This document shows positions 55,465 through 64,000 of a stretch of DNA of 64,000 bases, one piece after another; the first letter of the stretch is position 1; the number at the start of each line of letters is the position of its first letter. Source of the DNA: Mycobacteriales bacterium (GTDB taxonomy: Bacteria > Actinomycetota > Actinomycetes > Mycobacteriales > Mycobacteriaceae); assembly GCA_038198705.1 (NCBI GenBank), contig JBBPZN010000023.1, positions 4,269 to 68,268 of the forward strand, given 5' to 3'. The translations under genes were made by a program, and so were the position numbers. The notes below the pieces were generated by a model. It was not told the DNA's origin, did not search any database, and saw only the letters and a program-made list of their open reading frames with translations.

Positions 55465-56291
55465 CCCAGCCGGGCCCGAGCGATCCCGAGAATCTTCCGC
55501 CGAGTTGGGCCGGGATGGCCCCGATGAACGCTGTTCATCACCAGAGCACCGGGTACTCGGATCGCTACTGGCGGGCCGAGTCGCTGGCTGCGGAACGGCG
55601 AGGCGGTCAGAGATGGGGACTTCCAGCAGCGGCGGCCGTGCTTACCCTCAACCTCGCGGGCTTTCTCGCTTTGCCGTGGTTGATCGACACCGACTCCTCG
55701 CCCGCATACGTTCTCGCGATCATGCTTCCCAGTGTTCTGGCTGCGAGCCTTGCATTCGTGATCACCGCGCGCCGAGGGAACGGCCCCGTCGTGGACTTCG
55801 GCCTCCCGACCTCGCTGTCCGAATGGGGAGTTCAGGTTCGATCAGGAATCGCCTGGGGTGCTGCTGCCTTGGCGGGTGGTCTGTTACTTGCGCTGCTCGT
55901 CTTGGCTCGTACCGATCTCGGTAATGGATCACCGCTCGGAAACCTGGTCGCCATACCCACACCCTGGAAAGTCGCGTTGGTGGCGTGGATCTGGATCGGC
56001 GCACCGTTCTGCGAGGAAGTGATGTTCCGGGGGATGCTGTGGGGAGCGCTCGAACGGCGTGCAGTGCCGATGAGGATGTCTTGGTTGGGAAACAGATGGG
56101 TCGTTCTGGTGGTCACGGCAGTCGTATTCGCGCTGTGGCATCGCGAAGGATGGCGTTTCCTGGTATTGGTGTGGGGCGGATTCGCTATCGGCATCGCCCG
56201 AATGCGGACCGGTTCGGTAGTGGCATCCACCACCGCACACTCGGTGAACAACACCCTGCCGGCGCTGGCGATTCTCTCTCTGGCAGAATGA
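55461..56291 (+). CDS. CPBP-family (CAAX/Abi-like) intramembrane glutamic endopeptidase
   Basis: EEVMFRG, FALWH, HSVNN motifs; ATGA overlap with the amidohydrolase. Confidence 0.88.
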   Translation: MTQPGPSDPENLPPSWAGMAPMNAVHHQSTGYSDRYWRAESLAAERRGGQRWGLPAAAAVLTLNLAGFLALPWLIDTDSSPAYVLAIMLPSVLAASLAFVITARRGNGPVVDFGLPTSLSEWGVQVRSGIAWGAAALAGGLLLALLVLARTDLGNGSPLGNLVAIPTPWKVALVAWIWIGAPFCEEVMFRGMLWGALERRAVPMRMSWLGNRWVVLVVTAVVFALWHREGWRFLVLVWGGFAIGIARMRTGSVVASTTAHSVNNTLPALAILSLAE

Positions 56292-56419
56292 GCAGCTGTT
56301 CGCCCGTCCAACGGTTACGTACCGCACGGCGGTCACAACACCTCCATCGCAAAACCGGGTGCGCATCCCAAGCGCACCGCAGAATTGCGGCGTGACCAAC
56401 TCGAAAGGCTCTATTTTTC

Positions 56420-56929
56420 ATGGCTGTAAAGATCAAGCTCATGCGTATCGGCAAGATCCGCACCCCGCACTACCGCGTCGTCATCGCTGACTCTCGCACT
56501 CGCCGCAACGGCCGTGCGATCGAGACCATCGGCAAGTACGAGCCCAAGCAGGACCCCAGCATCATCGACATCGATTCCGAGCGCGCGCAGTACTGGCTCG
56601 GAGTCGGCGCCATCCCGACCGAGCCCGTCGAAGCACTGCTGAAGATCACCGGTGATTGGCAGAAGTTCAAGGGCCTTCCGGGCACCGAGGGCACGCTCCG
56701 CTTCGCCGAGGCCAAGCCTTCCAAGCTCGACCTGTTCAACGCTGCGCTGGCTCAGGCCGACGCCGAGCCGCTCGGCGACGCCACGACCGCCAAGAAGAAG
56801 AAGGCTCCGAAGGCCGACGAGGCTGCAAAGGCCGACGAGGCTGCGAAGGCCGATGAGACGGCCAAGGCCGACGATTCAGCTGCTGCCGAGACCGCAGAAG
56901 CTCCGGCCGCCGAGGCTGCTGAGAAGTGA
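56420..56929 (+). CDS. rpsP: 30S ribosomal protein S16
   Basis: [12 protein letters not shown]...YRVVIADSR; acidic Ala-rich tail. Confidence 0.98.
   Translation: MAVKIKLMRIGKIRTPHYRVVIADSRTRRNGRAIETIGKYEPKQDPSIIDIDSERAQYWLGVGAIPTEPVEALLKITGDWQKFKGLPGTEGTLRFAEAKPSKLDLFNAALAQADAEPLGDATTAKKKKAPKADEAAKADEAAKADETAKADDSAAAETAEAPAAEAAEK
56810..56881 (+). repeat. 18-bp tandem repeat x4 in the S16 tail (KADEAA-like)
   Basis: AAGGCCGACGAGGCTGCR units degenerating towards the 3' end. Confidence 0.85.
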
Positions 56930-57168
56930 GTGCCGTTGTCGCCGACGCCGTCGAACATCTTGTTCGTGGCATCGTCGCCAATCCTGACGTCGTGCGCGTC
57001 GAACTGATCACCGGACGTCGTGGGCGCACCGTGGAAGTCCACGTGCACCCAGACGATCTGGGTAAGGTCATAGGACGCGGCGGTCGGACGGCAACTGCGT
57101 TGCGCACCTTGGTATCCGGAATCGGCGGTCGCGGCATTCGCGTCGACGTCGTCGATACCGATCAGTAG
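56926..57168 (+). CDS. khpA: KH-domain RNA-binding protein
   Basis: [14 protein letters not shown]. Confidence 0.92.
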   Translation: MSAVVADAVEHLVRGIVANPDVVRVELITGRRGRTVEVHVHPDDLGKVIGRGGRTATALRTLVSGIGGRGIRVDVVDTDQ

Positions 57169-57179
57169 GTAATCTCGCA

Positions 57180-57713
57180 ATGGAGCTCGTAATCGGTCGT
57201 GTCGCCAAGTCGCACGGTGTCAAAGGTGAAGTGGTAGTCGATGTTCGCACCGACGAACCGGACGAACGCTTTGCTGTAGGAACGGTGCTGCACGGGCGCA
57301 AGCCGCGAGTATCGACCGATACAACCGAATACACGGTGGAAGCCGCCCGGGATCACTCCGGGCGGCTTCTGCTGCGCTTGAAAGGCGTCGACGACCGCAG
57401 CGTGTCCGACGCTCTTCGCGGCACACTGTTCGTGATCGATTCCAAGGATCTGCCGACCTCGTCGGACGATGACGACGAGTTCTACGATCATGAGCTCGAG
57501 GGCCTGTCGGTCCGTCTGTCCGACGGTACTGTTGTCGGTACGATCCGAGAGGTGCTGCACTCGGCGGCGGGGGAGTTGTTGTCCATCCGCCCCGCCGACG
57601 GCAGTCGCGCAGAGTTACTCGTGCCGTTCGTTGCCGCGATCGTGACGTCGGTGTCGCTTGCCGACGGTGTCGTCGTGATCGATCCGCCCAAGGGTCTACT
57701 GGATCCGGAGTAG
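57180..57713 (+). CDS. rimM: Ribosome maturation factor RimM
   Basis: [28 protein letters not shown]. Confidence 0.96.
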   Translation: MELVIGRVAKSHGVKGEVVVDVRTDEPDERFAVGTVLHGRKPRVSTDTTEYTVEAARDHSGRLLLRLKGVDDRSVSDALRGTLFVIDSKDLPTSSDDDDEFYDHELEGLSVRLSDGTVVGTIREVLHSAAGELLSIRPADGSRAELLVPFVAAIVTSVSLADGVVVIDPPKGLLDPE

Positions 57714-57717
57714 CGCG

Positions 57718-58392
57718 GTGCAACTCGATATCGTCACGATATTTCCCGAGTACCTGACACCTCTTCGAACTGCTTTGCTGGGCAAGGCAATCGACAAGGG
57801 GCTCGTCTCGGTGGAGGTTCACGATCTGAGGTCGTGGACCCACGACGTGCACAAAGCCGTCGACGATTCGCCCTACGGTGGTGGCCCAGGAATGGTCATG
57901 AAATCCACTGTCTGGGGTGACGCACTCGATGACGTTCTCGCAGAAGATTCACTATTGGTAGTTCCGACGCCTGCTGGTGTGCCCTTCACACAGCGCACCG
58001 CCGAGCGGTGGGCGGACGAACGTCATCTGGTGTTTGCTTGTGGCCGGTACGAGGGCATCGATCAGCGAGTCTTCGACGACGCAGCTCGACGAGTTCGCGT
58101 CGAAGAAGTGAGCATCGGTGATTACGTTCTCATCGGCGGCGAGGCCGCAGTCCTGGTGATGAGTGAGGCCGTTGTACGGTTACTGCCGGGTGTGCTCGGC
58201 AATCAGCAATCGCACCAACAAGATTCGTTCTCCGATGGTTTGCTCGAGGGCCCCAGCTACACCAGGCCGGTGAGTTGGCGTGGACTCGACGTTCCCGACG
58301 TACTTCTCTCCGGTGACCATGCGCGGATCGCAGCGTGGCGCGCCGAGCAGTCCCTCCGACGTACTACCGAGCGTCGGCCGGATCTCTTGTAG
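57718..58392 (+). CDS. trmD: tRNA (guanine37-N1)-methyltransferase
   Basis: [32 protein letters not shown]. Confidence 0.98.
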   Translation: MQLDIVTIFPEYLTPLRTALLGKAIDKGLVSVEVHDLRSWTHDVHKAVDDSPYGGGPGMVMKSTVWGDALDDVLAEDSLLVVPTPAGVPFTQRTAERWADERHLVFACGRYEGIDQRVFDDAARRVRVEEVSIGDYVLIGGEAAVLVMSEAVVRLLPGVLGNQQSHQQDSFSDGLLEGPSYTRPVSWRGLDVPDVLLSGDHARIAAWRAEQSLRRTTERRPDLL

Positions 58393-58408
58393 GACTGAGC
58401 TTTTCGGG

Positions 58409-59380
58409 TCATGAGATAGGCGAGCTGCCGATCGCGCCATCCGGAAACAGCATCGTCACGACGCCGGTGAGCGTGTCGCGCGCGTGCTGAGCGCTACTGT
58501 CGTCGGTGACGTCTACGACCGCGGTGTCCGGATAGTGCTCCATATCGTCCTCGTAATGAATCTCCTCGCGAGAAACGAATGCCAACACGTAGCGATTGTC
58601 TGCGCCTACTGTGCCCGTCGAGAGATGGATCCACCGGTCGGCGATGCAGCACATCCACCCCTGTTTGACCGCGTAGACCGGCTCGGCCGGTAGGCCGTCG
58701 ACAATGCCGAAATGCTGGCGATACCCATCGGTGGCCACCGGAGCCGATTGTCGAAGAAGCCCGATCATCGTTGCGGTCGACGCAGGTGAGAGTCCGCCGA
58801 CGCCGTCGAGCAGAGATGTGTAGTAGGCAACGAGGTCGGCAGCGGTCGACATCGTGTTCCACCACAGGTCATCCCACGGCGGTGTGGTCGCCGTCAATCC
58901 ATAGCGCTCGGTTACGCGCGTGATGATCTCGGACCCGCCGTACTTGTCCCACAAGTAATTTGCGGCAAAGTCGTCCGAAGATTCCAGCATCGTCGTCAGC
59001 GACTCCAGGTCTTCTTCGGCAACCGGTACCTGGCTCACATCCGCCCCGTGCAGTACGTCGTCGGCGATGAACAGCTTGGACACCGACGCTGTTTCGATCG
59101 ATTCGGCATCACCGCTGGCAAAGTACGCACCGGTCTCACGATCGAGGAAAGCGAAATCTACCTCCGCGCCGCGCCCGAGGGCCGACGCCACGGCTTTGGG
59201 TATGCGCGACTCGATGGACATGTCATCGACGGTGGCCGTGTCGGGAAAAGGTGATTCGGAAGTATCGATCGAGAGCGCGGCCGGAGTGTCGTCGGGGGCA
59301 CTGCATCCAGTGGAAAGAACCGTTACCGCGGCGACAAGGGCCGTGAACGACACCGCCAGGACTTGCATCGGCCTGGACAT
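58409..59380 (-). CDS. Lipoprotein with serine beta-lactamase-like fold (LppW-like)
   Basis: Lipobox-like LSTGC, SxxK (SVSK), SDD, KQGWMCC. Confidence 0.8.
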   Translation of the reverse strand: MSRPMQVLAVSFTALVAAVTVLSTGCSAPDDTPAALSIDTSESPFPDTATVDDMSIESRIPKAVASALGRGAEVDFAFLDRETGAYFASGDAESIETASVSKLFIADDVLHGADVSQVPVAEEDLESLTTMLESSDDFAANYLWDKYGGSEIITRVTERYGLTATTPPWDDLWWNTMSTAADLVAYYTSLLDGVGGLSPASTATMIGLLRQSAPVATDGYRQHFGIVDGLPAEPVYAVKQGWMCCIADRWIHLSTGTVGADNRYVLAFVSREEIHYEDDMEHYPDTAVVDVTDDSSAQHARDTLTGVVTMLFPDGAIGSSPIS

Positions 59381-59444
59381 GTCTGCAATCTCCCACGATG
59401 GTCACTGATGTTCTCGTCATAGCGTAGCGGTAGGGTCCAACGCC

Positions 59445-61775
59445 GTGACGACTGCTCTGAAATCTGTGAACAAGCGCATAGCCGAAGAACTCGACGTCCG
59501 CGAGGAGCAGGTCCGCGCGGCCGTGGATCTGTTGGACGGCGGTTCGACCGTTCCGTTCATCGCTCGGTATCGGAAGGAGGTCACCGGCAGCCTCGACGAC
59601 GCCCAGCTCCGCCAGCTCGACGAGCGTCTACGGTACCTCCGCGAACTCGACGAGCGACGTGATGCGGTCATCGAATCGATTCGATCCCAAGGCAAGCTCG
59701 ACGAAACTCTCGAGCAGTCCCTGATGTCGGCCGAGACGAAAGCCCGAGTCGAGGACATCTACCTGCCGTTCAAGCCGAAGCGCAGAACGAAGGCTCAGAT
59801 CGCCCGAGAGGCCGGGCACGAGCCTGTTGCCAACGCACTCATCTCCGATCCGAATACCGACCCGGCGCAGTACGACACCGAACAACTCGACGGTGCACGC
59901 GCAATCCTCGTCGAACGTTTCGCGGAGGATCCGGACCTGGTGGGCGAACTTCGTGAGCTCATGTGGACCCGCGGCAAGTTGACGGCGTCCGTCCGTAAGG
60001 GCAAGGAGGACGAAGGCTCCAAATTTGCGGACTACTTCGAATTCTCCGAACCCTTCACCAGGTTGCCTTCGCACCGCATTCTCGCGGCACTGCGCGGGGA
60101 GAAGGAGGAAATTCTCTCCCTGGGCCTCGAACCGGAGCAGGAGGAAACGCAACCTGGAGTTCCCACGGTCTACGAAGGGCGCATCGCGAGGAAGTTCGAC
60201 ATCGCCGATCGTGGCCGTGCCGGTGACCGCTGGCTCCTCGACACCGTGCGTTGGGCATGGCGGACCAAGCTCCTGGTGACCATGGCGATCGACGTTCGTA
60301 TGCGCCTTCGGCAGTCCGCCGAAAAGGACGCGGTGGATGTGTTCGCGTCCAACCTGAAGGACTTGTTGCTTGCCGCTCCTGCAGGCAACCGTTCGACAAT
60401 GGGTCTCGATCCGGGATTCCGGACAGGCACCAAAGTTGCAGTGGTGGACTCGACCGGCAAGGTCGTCGACTACGACACGATCTATCCGCACAAGCCTCAA
60501 GGCAAATGGGACCAGGCGCTCGCGACCCTGGCTGCGTTGGCCTCGAAGCATTCGGTTCAGTTGATCGCGATCGGAAACGGCACGGCCTCACGCGAAACCG
60601 ACGCGCTCGCGGCGGAGCTCATCGCCAAATACCCAGCGGCAGGATTGACCAAGATCGTTGTGTCCGAAGCTGGCGCATCGGTGTACTCGGCATCGGCTTA
60701 CGCCTCGAGCGAGTTGCCCGAGCTCGACGTGACTATTCGCGGCGCGGTCTCCATTGCACGACGGCTCCAAGATCCGTTGGCGGAGCTGGTGAAGATCGAT
60801 CCGAAATCCATCGGCGTGGGCCAGTACCAGCACGACATTTCCGAGGCGTTGTTGGCCAGGTCCCTCGGTGCGGTCGTGGAGGATGCCGTGAACGCCGTCG
60901 GGGTCGACGTCAATACAGCCTCCGTTCCGCTGTTGTCCAGGGTGTCGGGAATTGCCGGCTCTCTCGCCGAAAGCATTGTTGCGCATCGTGATCAACACGG
61001 TCCTTTCGCCAGTCGCTCCAAGCTCAAAGATGTCGCACGGCTCGGTCCGAAGGCATTCGAGCAGTGTGCAGGATTCCTCCGCATCGTCGACGGGGACGAT
61101 CCGCTCGATCGGTCGAGCGTCCACCCTGAGGCATACCCGGTAGTTCGGCGCATCGTCGACACGGCCGGTGTGGGGGTACGCGAGGTGATCGGTAACAGCA
61201 CATTGCTGCGCACGCTCGATCCACGAAAGTTCGCCGACGATCGATTCGGCCTCCCCACCGTCACGGACATCATCGCCGAACTCGAAAAACCGGGTAGAGA
61301 CCCGCGTCCAGAGTTCAAGACCGCGACCTTCGCGGCAGGTATCGAGAAGGTCGCGGATCTGAAGCCGGGGATGACGCTCGAAGGCGTCGTGACGAACGTT
61401 GCGGCATTCGGCGCCTTCGTCGATGTCGGTGTCCATCAAGACGGGTTGGTGCACGTTTCGGCTTTGTCGCACAACTTCGTCAAGGATCCACGCGAGGTCG
61501 TCAAGTCGGGGCAGGTGGTCAAGGTCAAGGTCATGGAGGTCGACATCGCTCGTCAGCGCATCGGACTGAGCTTGCGTCTCGACGACGAGCCCGGTGCCGG
61601 ATCGAAGGACAAGCCTCGTGGCGGTCAGTCGGATCGGCGCCAAACGCCACGCAAGGAAGGCCGAGGCGGTGAGAATCGCGGTGGTGACAATCGCGGAGGG
61701 GCTGGGCGCCAAGCCAGTACTCCCGCAGCAGGCTCCATGGCAGACGCGCTACGGAACGCAGGATTCGGCAAATAG
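59445..61775 (+). CDS. tex: Tex-family RNA-binding transcription accessory protein
   Basis: TVPFIARYRKE, LDPGFRTGTK, SIGVGQYQHD, C-terminal S1 domain. Confidence 0.96.
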   Translation: MTTALKSVNKRIAEELDVREEQVRAAVDLLDGGSTVPFIARYRKEVTGSLDDAQLRQLDERLRYLRELDERRDAVIESIRSQGKLDETLEQSLMSAETKARVEDIYLPFKPKRRTKAQIAREAGHEPVANALISDPNTDPAQYDTEQLDGARAILVERFAEDPDLVGELRELMWTRGKLTASVRKGKEDEGSKFADYFEFSEPFTRLPSHRILAALRGEKEEILSLGLEPEQEETQPGVPTVYEGRIARKFDIADRGRAGDRWLLDTVRWAWRTKLLVTMAIDVRMRLRQSAEKDAVDVFASNLKDLLLAAPAGNRSTMGLDPGFRTGTKVAVVDSTGKVVDYDTIYPHKPQGKWDQALATLAALASKHSVQLIAIGNGTASRETDALAAELIAKYPAAGLTKIVVSEAGASVYSASAYASSELPELDVTIRGAVSIARRLQDPLAELVKIDPKSIGVGQYQHDISEALLARSLGAVVEDAVNAVGVDVNTASVPLLSRVSGIAGSLAESIVAHRDQHGPFASRSKLKDVARLGPKAFEQCAGFLRIVDGDDPLDRSSVHPEAYPVVRRIVDTAGVGVREVIGNSTLLRTLDPRKFADDRFGLPTVTDIIAELEKPGRDPRPEFKTATFAAGIEKVADLKPGMTLEGVVTNVAAFGAFVDVGVHQDGLVHVSALSHNFVKDPREVVKSGQVVKVKVMEVDIARQRIGLSLRLDDEPGAGSKDKPRGGQSDRRQTPRKEGRGGENRGGDNRGGAGRQASTPAAGSMADALRNAGFGK

Positions 61776-61852
61776 AGCTCGGCGCAGTGAACCAGTTCAG
61801 GATCGTGCGTGTTCGACAGATGTCGAACCGGTTGTAAGAAGGGTGGGCCACG

Positions 61853-62698
61853 GTGAGCGAGTGGCTGGATCGGGAAATCATCGAGCACGGACGCCTCCCG
61901 CTCCTGTGCTTCCTCGTCGGTTTCTTGGTCGGGTTCGCTGTCATTCGGCTCAGCGTTCGATTGATCCGTGCGCAGGTGAAGTGGTGGCCGGGAAACATCA
62001 CGCCCGGTGGTCGGCACATCCATCACGTCGTGTTCGGGATCGTGCTGATGCTCGTCGCCGGCGTTGCTCTCATCACGGTGTACGAGGACGCATCGAGCGA
62101 GACTGGCGCCGCACTCGCTTCGTTGTTCGGAGTCGGCGCGGCGCTTGTGCTGGACGAGTTCGCATTGATCTTCTACCTCGAGGATGTCTACTGGTCCGAA
62201 CAAGGCAGAACCTCGATCGATGCGGTATTCGTCGCGACGGCGGCAACAGGGTTGCTTCTGCTGGGATTTCACCCACTCGAATTCTTGAACGTCACCGACA
62301 TTCGCCGCGACCCCAACCCCTGGGTCAGGGCTGGATACACAGCTCTCGCCCTCTTTCATCTTGCTGTCTGCGCGGTCGTCGTACTCAAGGGGAAGATCTG
62401 GACGGGATTGATCGGTTTGTTCGTAGCGCCGATTCTTTACGTCGGTGCGATCCGGCTGAGCAGGCCCGGAGCGCCCTGGGCTCGCTGGTACTACACGAGC
62501 AGGCCCAAGCGAATGGAGCGAGCACTTCGGCGTGAGCGCACCATCAGACGTCCGAGCATCAGGGCCAAGGTCTACCTTCAAGACCTGATTGCAGGGAAGC
62601 CGAGTATCGGCCACGCCCTCGAAGCGACGGAATACGAACTGGACAGGACGGTTCGTCCGGCGGCGCCACCTCCAGTGCCGATGGCCTCTGCAGAGTGA
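61853..62698 (+). CDS. Integral membrane protein of unknown function
   Basis: About 7 hydrophobic segments; GRHIHH and [15 protein letters not shown] motifs. Confidence 0.78.
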   Translation: MSEWLDREIIEHGRLPLLCFLVGFLVGFAVIRLSVRLIRAQVKWWPGNITPGGRHIHHVVFGIVLMLVAGVALITVYEDASSETGAALASLFGVGAALVLDEFALIFYLEDVYWSEQGRTSIDAVFVATAATGLLLLGFHPLEFLNVTDIRRDPNPWVRAGYTALALFHLAVCAVVVLKGKIWTGLIGLFVAPILYVGAIRLSRPGAPWARWYYTSRPKRMERALRRERTIRRPSIRAKVYLQDLIAGKPSIGHALEATEYELDRTVRPAAPPPVPMASAE

Positions 62699-62849
62699 CA
62701 CGATTTCGCAACCAAGGTCTCTCTCTGGCACAATAGGCGGGTTGCCTGTGCAAGGCACAACCCAAATCGGAGTACGAACCAGCCGAGTTCCGTTTGCGGG
62801 ACCGCTCGGTTCCTCTGCTCGTGCGAAGAACGCAAGGATGGACCTACCG

Positions 62850-63191
62850 ATGAACACTCTGGACTTTTTGGACAACAAGTCGCTTCGCAGCGACATTCCT
62901 GACTTCCGCCCCGGCGACACGTTGAACGTGCACGTCAAGGTTATCGAAGGCTCGAAAGAGCGCATTCAGATCTTCAAGGGCGTCGTGATTCGTCGCCAGG
63001 GTGGTGGCGTTCGCGAGACGTTCACCGTCCGTAAGGTCTCGTTCGGTGTCGGTGTCGAGCGCACCTTCCCGGTTCACAGCCCGAACATCGCCGAGTTCGA
63101 GGTTCTGACTCGTGGAGATGTTCGTCGCGCGAAGCTCTACTACCTCCGTGACCTTCGTGGCAAGGCTGCCAAGATCAAGGAAAAGCGCTGA
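62850..63191 (+). CDS. rplS: 50S ribosomal protein L19
   Basis: [25 protein letters not shown]. Confidence 0.98.
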   Translation: MNTLDFLDNKSLRSDIPDFRPGDTLNVHVKVIEGSKERIQIFKGVVIRRQGGGVRETFTVRKVSFGVGVERTFPVHSPNIAEFEVLTRGDVRRAKLYYLRDLRGKAAKIKEKR

Positions 63192-63216
63192 TTGCGGTCA
63201 CTTCCGCCCAGCTTCT

Positions 63217-63260
63217 CAAAGCGCCGCATCGTCCCGAGGGACGATGCGGCGCTTTGTTGT
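63217..63260 (+). terminator. Intrinsic terminator after rplS
   Basis: CAAAGCGCCGCATCGTCCC / GGGACGATGCGGCGCTTTG followed by TTGT. Confidence 0.88.
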
Positions 63261-63340
63261 CCGCATCACCGTTGCTCGTTTGGTCGCCACGCGTCGGTGC
63301 ACTGTTCGAAGCACACAGAGACTGCGGCTAATCTAGTGCC

Positions 63341-64000
63341 GTGCCAGATTCCCAGCAGGATCCGAACCGGCCGTCCGACTCGCACAGTGAGAAGTTGGAA
63401 GAGACGCGTCGTGAGAAAAAGCCTCGATCCTTCTGGCGTGAACTGCCGATACTGATATTCGTCGCGTTGGTTCTGAGCTTCCTGCTCCAGACATTCGTTG
63501 CACGCGTGTATCTGATTCCGTCCGAATCGATGGAACCGACACTGCATGGCTGCGCCGGGTGCACCGGGGACCGCATCGTCGTGGAGAAGATCGGCTATCG
63601 CTTCGGAGACCCCAAGCCGGGCGACGTCATCGTCTTCCGCGGTCCCGACTCGTGGAACAGTGACTTCACCTCCACCCGGTCGTCGAACGCTATAATCCGT
63701 GGCGCCGAGGAAGTCGGCTCGCTGATCGGTGTCGTCGCACCGGACGAAAACGATCTCGTCAAACGAGTGATCGCCACCGGGGGACAGACCGTAGAATGCT
63801 GTGACGCTCAAGGGCGTGTGCTGGTGGACGGTAAGCCGCTCGACGAATCCTATATTCAGATGGACTTCCCGTTTACGCCTGACATCATGACCTGCGATAC
63901 CGAGCTGAAGTCCGGTCGTTGCTTTGCGCCTGTAACCGTGCCCGAGAGCAACGTCTGGGTAATGGGCGACAATCGCAGCAATTCGGCCGATTCGCGGTTC
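63341..64000 (+). CDS. lepB: Signal peptidase I (3' end beyond the window)
   Basis: Translated by eye: FWRELPILI, IPSESMEPTL, LVKRVIA, MGDNRSNSADSR; TAATCT 6 nt before GTG. Confidence 0.95.
   Translation, partial: MPDSQQDPNRPSDSHSEKLEETRREKKPRSFWRELPILIFVALVLSFLLQTFVARVYLIPSESMEPTLHGCAGCTGDRIVVEKIGYRFGDPKPGDVIVFRGPDSWNSDFTSTRSSNAIIRGAEEVGSLIGVVAPDENDLVKRVIATGGQTVECCDAQGRVLVDGKPLDESYIQMDFPFTPDIMTCDTELKSGRCFAPVTVPESNVWVMGDNRSNSADSRF

Noticed and set aside
55461-56291. CPBP/Abi-like gene as a phage-defence system
   Set aside because: Single gene in a housekeeping operon with no defence-associated neighbours; the family name alone is not evidence

Overview
High-GC actinobacterial core-chromosome segment. 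Gene order and protein sequences point to Mycobacteriales, most likely Rhodococcus/Nocardiaceae (inferred, not searched). It runs ilvBNC-serA-leuB, gltX with tRNA-Gln/tRNA-Glu, iclR/leuCD, hup, mutT1-ppk1-cofC, gpsA-ddl, thiL-ung, rpmB, fakA-like-recG, pyc, rsmD-coaD-sepIVA-yceD-rpmF-rnc-mutM, smc-ftsY, amtB-glnK-glnD, ffh, rpsP-khpA-rimM-trmD, tex, rplS and a truncated lepB. I see no integrase, transposase, prophage, CRISPR array or defence island, and no clearly new multi-gene system. The most notable observations are: (1) a short stand-alone family-A DNA polymerase, probably lacking both exonucleases, placed with a YihY gene between gltX and the tRNA pair; (2) a 15-bp palindrome TCyCA-N5-TGrGA recurring at the ilvB, MFS-transporter, iclR/leuC and pyc promoters, a candidate regulon of the local IclR; (3) thiL has no canonical in-frame start before its conserved N-terminus and may initiate at ATC; (4) an unannotated, internally deleted Lrp/AsnC ligand-binding-domain pseudogene; (5) an ilvB attenuator with a leaderless leader peptide; (6) many leaderless starts and in-frame tandem duplications in protein termini.
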